Of a DNA stretch of 32,000 bases, positions 24,505-32,000 are shown one piece after another. Within the stretch, counting starts at the first letter, position 1, and each line of letters opens with the position of its first letter. The position numbers and the translations under genes are program-made. The notes under the pieces were generated by a model. That model was not told the origin of the DNA and searched no databases. It saw only the letters and a program-made list of their open reading frames with translations. Source of the stretch: Candidatus Saccharimonadota bacterium (GTDB lineage Bacteria; Patescibacteriota; Saccharimonadia; Saccharimonadales; UBA4665); NCBI GenBank assembly GCA_016700375.1, contig CP065016.1:810001-842000 (forward strand), in the 5' to 3' direction.

Positions 24505-25592
24505 TTCCCGAGTGCCTTTTCGTAGACTTCTAGGGTTTGTTCCGCGGTGCGGCGCCAGGAGTATGTTGCCGCTTGTTCTCTGCCCTTTTTAATCAAATTG
24601 CTTCGAAGCGCTTCGTCGTACAGCACCTCGCCAATCTTGGCGGCCATGTCGCTAGTATCTAGGGGGTCAAAATAGTGTGCCGCCTCGCCGTACACTTCCG
24701 GCAAACACGTTGCGTTACTGCTAACCACGGGCGCACCGTGAACCATTGCCTCCAGTCCTGGTAACCCAAATCCCTCGCTCAAGCTCGGAAAGACATACGC
24801 AGCACAGTTTTCATACAGCCAGCGAAGCTGTCCCTCGCTCACAAAACCGGTAAATATCACGTTTTGTATGCCCTCACGCAGCACTCGCTCTTCGTGTCGC
24901 GCATAGTTCGCATCTTTCTTACCCGCGAGAACTAGCATAAGCTCAGGGTATGTTTTTTGCAGCACCACAAACGCATCAATTAATCGCCCCAAATTTTTGT
25001 GTGGCATGGGCTTGCCCGTGTACATTATGTATCGTTTGTTTTTTAGAGCGGCCAGCGGCTCTGCATTTTCACGAATTGCGTCGGCGGCGAGTGGAATAAT
25101 GGTAAATTTGTTTGGCGAAACATGGGCAAAAGCTGCCACATCATCACGCACAAACTCGCTGTAAGAAATAAGGGCAGCGGATTTTTTTGCCACGCGCTTA
25201 TTGAGCCATACGTAGACGCGTTGCTTGAGCCAAAACACCAACGCATTTTTGGCGGGGTTGCGGAACCGGGTGGTCGTGAGGTCATTCATGGTGGTAACAA
25301 CGGTGCCACGGTAGAAGGCTGGCTGCTGAACCATGGGAAAATGAACAACATCGGGGTGTAGTTGGGCAATTTGATGAAGCAACCCGACTTGCTCGGCAAG
25401 TGTGAATTCTTTGTGCGGGCACACAATTTTTGTAAACCGAGAGTTGCTTGGGGTCCAGCCCGGTGCATCTTCCGGCTTAATGAGCACGCTATATGTATTG
25501 ACAGTATCAACTTCCTGTAGGTAATGAAGCAGCCTTTCTATATATCGCCCCGTTGTTGTTCGTAACTCACGGGCATCTATTACTATTTTCAT
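24501..25592 (-). CDS. GT4-family glycosyltransferase
   Basis: 363 aa. The N-terminus is MKIVIDARELRTTTGRYIERLL. The C-domain signature is VFPSLSEGFGLPGLEAMVHGAPVVSSNATCLPEVYGEAAHYFDP (E-x7-E region). Confidence 0.8.
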   Translation of the reverse strand: MKIVIDARELRTTTGRYIERLLHYLQEVDTVNTYSVLIKPEDAPGWTPSNSRFTKIVCPHKEFTLAEQVGLLHQIAQLHPDVVHFPMVQQPAFYRGTVVTTMNDLTTTRFRNPAKNALVFWLKQRVYVWLNKRVAKKSAALISYSEFVRDDVAAFAHVSPNKFTIIPLAADAIRENAEPLAALKNKRYIMYTGKPMPHKNLGRLIDAFVVLQKTYPELMLVLAGKKDANYARHEERVLREGIQNVIFTGFVSEGQLRWLYENCAAYVFPSLSEGFGLPGLEAMVHGAPVVSSNATCLPEVYGEAAHYFDPLDTSDMAAKIGEVLYDEALRSNLIKKGREQAATYSWRRTAEQTLEVYEKALGN

Positions 25593-25598
25593 ATGCCA

Positions 25599-25604
25599 AG
25601 TATA
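25599..25604 (-). promoter_or_regulatory. -10 hexamer TATACT 6 nt upstream of the GT4 ATG at 25592 (possible leaderless start)
   Basis: The minus strand reads gtcTATACTtggcatATG. No SD is present. Confidence 0.4.
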
Positions 25605-25643
25605 GACTATCTCCTATGCTTGCTACCACAGCTGCATGGGGGG

Positions 25644-25652
25644 TGGTATACT
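25644..25652 (+). promoter_or_regulatory. Extended -10 element TGGTATACT, likely gmd promoter
   Basis: The sequence reads gggTGGTATACTttagg. It lies 35 nt upstream of the gmd ATG (25688), with an AAAGAGGAG SD in the leader. Confidence 0.45.
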
Positions 25653-25687
25653 TTAGGGGTAGTAATAAAGAGGAGTTTGATGAAATC

Positions 25688-26716
25688 ATGGCGAAAAAAG
25701 CGCTCATTACTGGCATAGCAGGACAAGACGGCGGGCATCTTGCAAAATTGCTGCACGAAAAAGGCTATGAAGTATACGGCGTTGTTCGAGGCCAAATGGA
25801 AGCAAGCCACCCGCGGTACAAAGCGCTGAAAGAGGAGATGCCCTACGCCGAACTTGTTATGGCAGACCTCCTTGATCTTTCTGCGCTGACACGTGCCGTG
25901 CAGACGATTCGCCCGGACGAAGTGTACAACCTAGCGGCCATCAGTCACGTGGGCTATTCATTCCGCGATCCAATTCTGACATGTGATGTCACCGGTAAGG
26001 GGGTTCTAAACATGCTTGAGGCAATCCGCCTGAGTGGCCTAGAAAAAACCACCCGTTTTTACCAAGCATCGACCTCTGAAATGTTTGGCGGTCTCGACTA
26101 CAACCGTCCTGGGAAGGGCTACGATGAAGACTCTGCTTTTCACCCACGAAGCCCCTATGGTGTTGCGAAGCTGTATGGTCACTGGATAACCAAAAACTAC
26201 CGTGAAAGTTACGGCATGCACGCGAGCTGCGGCATCTTGTTTAATCACGAAGGCGACCGCCGCGGCCCAGAGTTTGTGACGCGCAAGATTAGCCAGGCAG
26301 TTGCCCGCATAAAGACTGGCGGCCAAGAGTTCATTGAACTGGGGAATCTAGATAGCAAGCGTGACTGGGGCTACGCTGGTGATTACGTAGAAGGTATGTG
26401 GCGCATGCTGCAGCAGGATGCACCAGATGACTACGTGCTTGCTACCGGAGAAACCCACACCATTCGTGAGTTTTGCGAGCTCGCCTTTGCAGAAGTGGGC
26501 ATAGATATTACGTGGCGAGGTGAGGCAGAAAAAACCGAAGGCGTTGACCAGAATGGTGTTGTCCGGGTAAGGGTAAACCCAGAATTTTACCGGCCGGCCG
26601 AGGTAGATATTTTACTCGGTAACCCAGCAAAAGCCGAAACAGTTCTAGGCTGGAAGCGCGCTGTTGATTTCCCGGGTCTTGTGCGACTAATGGTTACCCA
26701 CGACCTTCAGGCCTAG
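25688..26716 (+). CDS. gmd: GDP-mannose 4,6-dehydratase
   Basis: MAKKALITGIAGQDGGHLAKLLHEKGYEVYGVVRG, then YQASTSEMFG, then SPYGVAKLYGHW (YxxxK), then NHEGDRRG. These are characteristic GMD motifs. The start was moved to the SD-preceded ATG at 25688; the ORF-track extension overlaps the divergent gene. Confidence 0.9.
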   Translation: MAKKALITGIAGQDGGHLAKLLHEKGYEVYGVVRGQMEASHPRYKALKEEMPYAELVMADLLDLSALTRAVQTIRPDEVYNLAAISHVGYSFRDPILTCDVTGKGVLNMLEAIRLSGLEKTTRFYQASTSEMFGGLDYNRPGKGYDEDSAFHPRSPYGVAKLYGHWITKNYRESYGMHASCGILFNHEGDRRGPEFVTRKISQAVARIKTGGQEFIELGNLDSKRDWGYAGDYVEGMWRMLQQDAPDDYVLATGETHTIREFCELAFAEVGIDITWRGEAEKTEGVDQNGVVRVRVNPEFYRPAEVDILLGNPAKAETVLGWKRAVDFPGLVRLMVTHDLQA

Positions 26717-26731
26717 GTGTATTCATCAACG

Positions 26732-26755
26732 CGGTATCACGAATTGCCGTTTTTT
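26732..26755 (+). terminator. Weak intrinsic terminator candidate after gmd
   Basis: A 5-bp stem, CGGTA/TGCCG (one G-U pair), with an 8-nt loop, followed by TTTTTT at 26750-26755. It lies 16 nt after the gmd stop. Confidence 0.3.
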
Positions 26756-27000
26756 GCTCGGTGTCTAGGCTGATGGCGGCCGACGCGAGCGCAGTCTTTC
26801 CGATACCTTCTGCGACTATCTGCAACCCTTAGGCATAACTCGTAAAGTAGCTGACCTCAAAACCGCCTCCGTGGAACACTGGGTCGCGACGGCCCGTTTC
26901 TGCTATTGATTGTGTAGGCGTCATTGAGTATTAATTATACACATTTTTGCTAAAAAATCAATAAAAACATGCTAATTTCAAGGACTATATCCTCGATAAT

Positions 27001-27066
27001 CTATTCGCGGCTCCGCCAGTCGGCGATGATGTCGCTGATGGTTGTATTGAACAGTACTTCAGGAAG
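27001..27066 (-). pseudogene. Relic of the 3' end of an epimerase/reductase gene (paralogous to 28426-29364)
   Basis: The minus strand translates to LPEVLFNTTISDIIADWRSRE*. This is colinear with the C-terminus of the intact gene, QPEIPLETTIADVIADWRNRDSS*. A 16-nt identical core, cgccagtcggcgatga, occurs at 27014-27029 and 28445-28460. No upstream body of the gene remains. Confidence 0.55.
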
Positions 27067-27097
27067 TGAAAAGCAATAGTATAATGGTGCGCAGTAA

Positions 27098-28345
27098 TCA
27101 CTTCTTGGCCCATTCACCAATACGGTTTGCAAGTGCTATCGAGGGACGCTCGATGTAAATGTGCATAAAATGTGCAACGAAAAGAATAACGGGAAGGGTT
27201 GTGAGTAACGAGAGAAATGCTGAAGGCATGTACTCAAGGTGATTTCGGAAATAGACGAAAACAGTCGTCGTTAGGCTATAAAGTAAAATGAGGTGAACTG
27301 CGTAAACGGTGTAAGATATATTGCCGAGCCACGAAGCAACAGGGTTTTCGAGCAGTCGCCGTAGTCTATCCCAGCTCAACACAAGAATAATGATAATCAC
27401 GCCAGCGATGAGCTGAAGTATGGTGCGGGATAGCAGAAGGTCGCCGTTACTCAGGGTGAGCATTTGCCAATATTTTCCCAAATTTGATCCCTCAAGCCCT
27501 ACAATTGAAGGGTATGAACCGATAGCAAAAGCCAACAGAAGAGAACATATTTTATACGGCCAAGGCAGCATCGCAATTTTTCTGAATATTGCCGGAAAAG
27601 TGGCAAATATATCGGCAAGGATCATTCCAGCAATAAAACCAACGAAGTACGTATGGATAAAAGCTGCTATGGCGATGCTGTACAATAGCCATCGCCTTCG
27701 CATTCCCCTGCACATTGAAGCGAGCCCAAATATGATGAAAGACCCAAGTAGCTCATAGTAGATAGTCCAAAGCACGGGATTATACGTAGAACTTGCCTCT
27801 GCCTGTAATGTGAACGCGCCAATGAGTCCTTGCCAAATAGCTCCGATAAAACTTGGCGAAAAAGAAAAGTACGTATTTCCCGTCCAGGGTGAGTGTAGTA
27901 TGGCGCTGTCTGTGGAGTTCGTGTAATATCCGAGCGACAAAATCGCGTAGCTCATAATAATCGAGAAGAATGCAACGGGCATAAGACGAAAATAGCGCTT
28001 GAAAGAAGCTGTGAATAACGAAGACTGTTTATTCTCAAAAAAACGAAGGCTGAGAACGAATCCGCTAAGGATAAAGAAAAGCGAAACAGCTAAGCTGCCG
28101 GAAAATAATGAGGCCAGTGGTGAGTGATAAAACCAGAAGTCGTAAGAACTGTGTGCGTATGCGGATCCTGCTCCGATTGCAGCAGGAAAAAATATACTGG
28201 CGAAATGCCATAAAATGACGCTGAACGCCGCGATACCTCTGACGCTATCCAGTGCGGTAATTTTTTTCGTATTTGTTGATGTTTTTTCGTCGGACTGTGT
28301 GGCGCTTCTTTTAAACCAAAGCTGGGAGACTGACTCCATTTTCAT
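27098..28345 (-). CDS. Acyltransferase-3 family integral membrane O-acyltransferase
   Basis: 415 aa with about 10 hydrophobic helices. The N-terminal signature is LDSVRGIAAFSVILWHF (the acyltransferase_3 R-G...H motif). The gene is embedded in the glycan locus. Confidence 0.8.
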   Translation of the reverse strand: MKMESVSQLWFKRSATQSDEKTSTNTKKITALDSVRGIAAFSVILWHFASIFFPAAIGAGSAYAHSSYDFWFYHSPLASLFSGSLAVSLFFILSGFVLSLRFFENKQSSLFTASFKRYFRLMPVAFFSIIMSYAILSLGYYTNSTDSAILHSPWTGNTYFSFSPSFIGAIWQGLIGAFTLQAEASSTYNPVLWTIYYELLGSFIIFGLASMCRGMRRRWLLYSIAIAAFIHTYFVGFIAGMILADIFATFPAIFRKIAMLPWPYKICSLLLAFAIGSYPSIVGLEGSNLGKYWQMLTLSNGDLLLSRTILQLIAGVIIIILVLSWDRLRRLLENPVASWLGNISYTVYAVHLILLYSLTTTVFVYFRNHLEYMPSAFLSLLTTLPVILFVAHFMHIYIERPSIALANRIGEWAKK

Positions 28346-28388
28346 CTACTGTTTGCCCTCATTCTCCCACCTGCCAAATGCTGTCATG

Positions 28389-28397
28389 AGCATAGCA
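28389..28397 (-). promoter_or_regulatory. Extended -10-like element TGCTATGCT upstream of the acyltransferase
   Basis: The minus strand reads tcgTGCTATGCTcatg. It lies 43 nt upstream of the ATG at 28345, with GAGGG in the leader. Confidence 0.35.
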
Positions 28398-28425
28398 CGA
28401 CCGGGTAAAAAGAACCAGATTACGG

Positions 28426-29364
28426 CTAACTGCTATCCCTGTTGCGCCAGTCGGCGATGACATCAGCGATGGTCGTTTCGAGTGGTATTTCTGGCTGCCA
28501 GCCGGTATCGGTAGTAAGCTTTTCGTGACTGCCATATATGTCGGGCGTGTCGGACGGCCGCATACGGGCGGGGTCTTGTTCGACTGTTACGGCTGTGCTT
28601 GATTTTGAGACGATGAGGTCTAGCATTTCCTGTCCGCTGCGACTTGTGCCGGAGCATATGTTATATGTTTCCCCGGAGCGACCCTTCTCGAGCAGTAATC
28701 TGTACGCCCGAGCAATATCCCGTACGTCTGTATAATCACGCTTTGCCTCCAAGTTACCCACAAGAATTTTGTCTGCGCCGCCGCGTTCAATGTCAATCAC
28801 CTGTTTTGCTAGGTCTGGAACGATAAATCCGAGGTTTTGACCCGGCCCTATGTGGTTAAATGGCCGGGCAATAACTACTTCAAAGCCACGCGTTTTGTAG
28901 TATTTGCCCATTTCTTCTTGACCAATTTTGCTGACAGCATAGGGGGAATTGGCAAGCACTGTCGAGTCTTCATAAATAGGCATTTCTGCATTTGGGTCAT
29001 ACAACGCGCCGCTACTAATGATGATAAACTTTGGTTTTACGTTTTGACGGGTGGCTTCTTCAAATAGGTTTACTTCCATCCCTATGTTAACAGCCACATA
29101 CTGAAGCGGCTGTTCAAAAGATGGTCCGACTGCAGCAAGCCCAGCGAGATGAATAACACCGGTTACCCCTTGAAAATTAATCTTTGCAACTTCTTCGGGA
29201 TTGTTTAGGTCCGCAACGATGTAATCGGTAAGGCCCAGGGGGTCTTTCATACCGGGTAGTTTCGGGCCACCGACCCCTACAACTTCATAGCCAGCATCTG
29301 CCAGCTCCTTTACAAGGTGGTTGCCTACGAATCCATTTGCACCTGTTACTAACACCTTACTCAT
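28426..29364 (-). CDS. rmd: Extended-SDR NAD(P)-dependent epimerase/reductase, most like GDP-4-keto-6-deoxy-D-mannose reductase (Rmd)
   Basis: The Rossmann motif is MSKVLVTGANGFVGNHL and the catalytic motif is SPYAVSKIGQE (YxxxK). RPFNHIGPGQ and LVGNLEAKRDYTDVRDIARAYRLLLEKGRSGETYNICSG match the Rmd-like pattern. It is paired with gmd. The specific substrate call is inference. Confidence 0.65.
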   Translation of the reverse strand: MSKVLVTGANGFVGNHLVKELADAGYEVVGVGGPKLPGMKDPLGLTDYIVADLNNPEEVAKINFQGVTGVIHLAGLAAVGPSFEQPLQYVAVNIGMEVNLFEEATRQNVKPKFIIISSGALYDPNAEMPIYEDSTVLANSPYAVSKIGQEEMGKYYKTRGFEVVIARPFNHIGPGQNLGFIVPDLAKQVIDIERGGADKILVGNLEAKRDYTDVRDIARAYRLLLEKGRSGETYNICSGTSRSGQEMLDLIVSKSSTAVTVEQDPARMRPSDTPDIYGSHEKLTTDTGWQPEIPLETTIADVIADWRNRDSS

Positions 29365-29370
29365 AAGACC

Positions 29371-29379
29371 AGTATGACA
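29371..29379 (-). promoter_or_regulatory. Extended -10-like element TGTCATACT 6 nt upstream of the rmd-like ATG (possible leaderless start)
   Basis: The minus strand reads tcTGTCATACTggtcttATG in the 35-nt spacer. No SD is present. Confidence 0.35.
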
Positions 29380-29399
29380 GATGCAAACCCCGGGGACAA

Positions 29400-30566
29400 T
29401 TACCGAGTTCGCAACATAGAGTCAAGTAGGCTCTGCATTGTGCGTATATTTGCACTCCAGCTAAAGCCGGTAAGCCGTTCCTGGCCTTTTTGGATCAGTG
29501 TTTGGCGAAGTGCGTCATCGGCGAGAAGTTTGGTAAGGATCTTTGTTATATCTGTTGGGTCGGTCTGCTTGAAATAGATTGCTGCGTCTCCAGCGACCTC
29601 ATGGAAAACAGGAATGTCAGTAACTGCAACAGGAATATTTTGCTGCATAGCCTCAAAAATCGGCATACCGAAGCCCTCGTAATGTGAAGGGAGCACGAAG
29701 CACGCGGCATGCCGATAGAGCGCAATTTTTTCAAACTGACTGACATAGCCGGTTCGTATCACTTGTAGGCCGGCGTCTTCGGCTTCTTGTATCGTTGCCT
29801 GAGTATCTTCATCGTTCCACCCCTTGCCGCCAGCCAGGACTAGTGAATATTCAGCACGTATCTTTTCAGAAAGGCACTTATAAGCCCGTACGAGTCCGAC
29901 AATGTTCTTCCTCGGTTCCAGCGTACCGATGTACAACACGTATTTCTTGGAACGTACGCCAAGATCTATGAGCCGGTCGGAAAGCGTCGCAGTGATGTCG
30001 GCGGCCGGCGCGGGCGGGATTGGGAGAATGATCATATCATTGCTATATGTCGGGTAATTGTTCCGTAACCGCTCCGCCGTGAAATTCGATATGGTCACGA
30101 TATGGCTACATCGCCGCAGAGTATCTGGGACGAAACGTGTAAGGTCCTGCCGGTTCTTTTTCGAGACGAACTCTGGGTGGTCGACAAAACACATGTCATA
30201 TATGAAGCCAATCGCAGGAGTCCGAAAGAGTGATGGCACACTGAGGTAGTTCAGGTGTAGTGCCATAGCAGCCCGCCTAAATATCCGTAGCTCCAGCGGT
30301 ATTTCGACCCGGAATCGCCGGAGCAGATTCACAAACTGGATGGGTAGGAAAGGGTTACGTACATACGATATGTTTGACGCTTTCGGCAAGTCTGCTTTTG
30401 ACCTAAGCATAAAGTCGTACGCATGCCCGACGAATCTAGTCTCTGGCATGACGGCCGCTAGCTGTGCGATCAGTGTATGGCAAAAATACCCTACTCCGGT
30501 CTTCTCGCCCAGAAGTACCTGGGCATCGAAATACACGATTGATCTTTTGCTAGGCTTTATTGCCAT
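29400..30566 (-). CDS. GT4-family glycosyltransferase
   Basis: 388 aa. The signature VLPSHYEGFGMPIFEAMQQNIPVAVTDIPVFHEVAGDAAIYF is present. The start overlaps the upstream GT4 gene by 17 nt. Confidence 0.8.
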   Translation of the reverse strand: MAIKPSKRSIVYFDAQVLLGEKTGVGYFCHTLIAQLAAVMPETRFVGHAYDFMLRSKADLPKASNISYVRNPFLPIQFVNLLRRFRVEIPLELRIFRRAAMALHLNYLSVPSLFRTPAIGFIYDMCFVDHPEFVSKKNRQDLTRFVPDTLRRCSHIVTISNFTAERLRNNYPTYSNDMIILPIPPAPAADITATLSDRLIDLGVRSKKYVLYIGTLEPRKNIVGLVRAYKCLSEKIRAEYSLVLAGGKGWNDEDTQATIQEAEDAGLQVIRTGYVSQFEKIALYRHAACFVLPSHYEGFGMPIFEAMQQNIPVAVTDIPVFHEVAGDAAIYFKQTDPTDITKILTKLLADDALRQTLIQKGQERLTGFSWSANIRTMQSLLDSMLRTR

Positions 30567-31767
30567 GCTCGACTACCTTCTCCAGTATCATCTTGGCCGT
30601 TTTGTCCCAGGTGAAACGGGCGGCATGTTCCTTGCCCCTCTGAATGAGATCTTGCCGTAAGGTATTATTGTTTAGTACTCTTTCCGCCGCGGCGGACAGG
30701 TTGTTATCCTGCTCGACCAAGATACACGCATCTCCTGCTACTTCTGGGATGGACGAGGTGTCGTACGCGACCACTGGACAACCAGCCGCCATCGCCTCCA
30801 GTATGGGTAAGCCGAAGCCTTCATAGAGGCTTGGGAAGACGAAGCACTGGGCCCGTCTATATAGATATAGTAAGTCATTGTGTGTCACAAAACCGGTGCT
30901 CAGGACGTCTTTAGCATATGCCTCATTGTTGTGTAATTCCGCGTACCAACCTCGATCTGCCAGCTGATCCTCGAGCGAGAATTCCTTGCCGACTACAATA
31001 AGGCGAAGCTCCGGGTGTGCAGGTTTCAATGCGTAAAGTACTTTCACAAGTTCAGCCACATTCTTGCGGGTATCTATGCCCCCTACGTATAAAATGTACG
31101 GTTTTAAAGCTAACTCGCGCACTCTATCTGATGGTTTGCCGCTTGAGACAAAGAAAGAGTGATCAACTCCAAGCGGAACGACCGTAACTCGTGAGGCTGA
31201 GATGGACGGCAAGTAACGCAGCAGGTCCTTTTTTGAACTTTCTGATATAGCAAGTAAGTGGTCAGCTTTTTGGAATGAGTGTATGAATCGGAGATACTTT
31301 TGCCAATACATATGTCGCGCCAAACCATCTTTCAAGCGCCTGAAAGGCCGAATATTTTTCGAGGATTTTTTTTCTATATCGCGGAACAAAAGCGGGATAA
31401 GGTCGTAGAATATGACCACAGTCAACACGCTTCGGGGGACGCCCAGAGCCGCATCGAACTGTAAAAATACATCTATATCATCAGGGCTTGGTTGAGCTAC
31501 GCTGAAGGAGGGCAGAAAAGAACGAAAGTACCGTTTGCGGCCCAGTTTAGGGCTTTTTATGGTCCGTACAATTGAGTCAGGGAATAGGGTGGTGATTTCT
31601 GGCTGAGGTATATCCGCATCCACGTAAAAGGTAAAATGGTGCAATGACCTTTCCGGCAGGCGGCTCAGTGCGCTCATAAAGAACTCCTCAGTTTTGCCTA
31701 TCCCTCGGAAACGGGTCTCACCCTGCATGGGGCGCAGATCAATGCCTATCTTCATATCTGTATCCAT
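30550..31767 (-). CDS. GT4-family glycosyltransferase
   Basis: 405 aa. The signature VFPSLYEGFGLPILEAMAAGCPVVAYDTSSIPEVAGDACILV is present. The true start may be the second ATG at 31755 (MKIGIDLRP). Confidence 0.8.
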   Translation of the reverse strand: MDTDMKIGIDLRPMQGETRFRGIGKTEEFFMSALSRLPERSLHHFTFYVDADIPQPEITTLFPDSIVRTIKSPKLGRKRYFRSFLPSFSVAQPSPDDIDVFLQFDAALGVPRSVLTVVIFYDLIPLLFRDIEKKSSKNIRPFRRLKDGLARHMYWQKYLRFIHSFQKADHLLAISESSKKDLLRYLPSISASRVTVVPLGVDHSFFVSSGKPSDRVRELALKPYILYVGGIDTRKNVAELVKVLYALKPAHPELRLIVVGKEFSLEDQLADRGWYAELHNNEAYAKDVLSTGFVTHNDLLYLYRRAQCFVFPSLYEGFGLPILEAMAAGCPVVAYDTSSIPEVAGDACILVEQDNNLSAAAERVLNNNTLRQDLIQRGKEHAARFTWDKTAKMILEKVVEHGNKA

Positions 31768-31871
31768 TGATTATGTTGAATATTGATTTAGTATGACATA
31801 TACAATATTTCTAAGAAACACATACAGATCAAAAGATTACAACGCGTTGACATACTTACCGACATCGACAG

Positions 31872-31880
31872 TGCTATAAT
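31872..31880 (+). promoter_or_regulatory. Consensus extended -10 element TGCTATAAT 8 nt upstream of the ATG at 31889
   Basis: The sequence reads cagTGCTATAATagtgcctaATG. No SD is present. Confidence 0.45.
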
Positions 31881-31888
31881 AGTGCCTA

Positions 31889-32000
31889 ATGTTGGGTATA
31901 TTTAAGAAACGGTCTAGGGCACTTTTGGGTGCGATGTTAATCACTGACTTCAAGATAAGATATCAGGGGTCTGCACTTGGTTACCTATGGTCGTTGGTAA
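31889..32000 (+). CDS. ABC-2 type polysaccharide/teichoic-acid exporter permease (Wzm/TagG-like), 5' fragment running off the window
   Basis: Hand translation gives MLGIFKKRSRALLGAMLITDFKIRYQGSALGYLWSLV. The D.K.RY.GS.LGY.W motif is the characteristic N-terminus of ABC-2 glycan exporters. Only 37 codons are visible. Confidence 0.55.
   Translation, partial: MLGIFKKRSRALLGAMLITDFKIRYQGSALGYLWSLV

Noticed and set aside
27078-27086. Plus-strand TAGTATAAT -10-like element just before the acyltransferase stop
   Set aside because: It would only drive antisense transcription into the acyltransferase gene. It is more likely a fortuitous A+T-rich match or a leftover from the rearranged junction.
31847-31852. 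Consensus -35 TTGACA upstream of the TGCTATAAT element
   Set aside because: The spacing to the -10 is 22 nt, too long for a functional -35/-10 pair. The extended -10 probably acts alone.
1-32000. Possible alternative genetic code (UGA recoded, as in some CPR lineages)
   Set aside because: TGA clearly terminates well-delimited genes (stops at 351-353, 6845-6847 and 12008-12010). Conserved proteins (DnaA, DnaN, RecF, Gmd, VirB4) are full length with no in-frame TGA. The standard bacterial code fits.

Overview
The window is the replication-origin neighbourhood of a small, tightly packed genome that uses the standard code (TGA, TAA and TAG all terminate ORFs). The envelope and secretion genes are Gram-positive-type, and the overall picture fits best with a Patescibacteria/CPR (Saccharibacteria-like) organism; that assignment is inference. 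The housekeeping core is recF-dnaN-dnaA on the minus strand, diverging from rpmH-rnpA-yidC-jag on the plus strand. DnaA-box clusters sit in both the dnaA-dnaN and dnaA-rpmH spacers. Left of the origin (55-14777) is the most interesting content: a chromosomal type IV secretion-like locus. It has two translationally coupled pilin-like genes on the minus strand and a divergent eight-gene plus-strand operon. That operon encodes a giant VirB6-like protein, a PrgI/VirB3-like protein, a stand-alone VirB4-N-terminal-like protein, a VirB4 ATPase, a 1053-aa membrane-anchored M23 peptidase, a secreted lysozyme-M23 hydrolase, and an A+T-rich orphan bitopic protein. No coupling protein, relaxase, integrase or element boundary is visible. 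Right of the origin is a 990-aa SGNH-hydrolase surface protein, followed by a cell-surface glycan locus: gmd, an rmd-like reductase, three GT4 glycosyltransferases, an O-acyltransferase, and the start of an ABC-2 exporter permease. This gene set resembles a GDP-D-rhamnose/ABC-transporter-dependent pathway. The acyltransferase is bracketed by a decayed duplicate of the reductase gene's 3' end. Across the window, a recurring TGnTATACT-type -10 element lies 6-9 nt from the ATG of seven genes that lack a Shine-Dalgarno sequence, which suggests frequent leaderless transcripts. No tRNA, rRNA, CRISPR array or transposase was recognised. All homology statements come from motif recognition by eye, not database searches.
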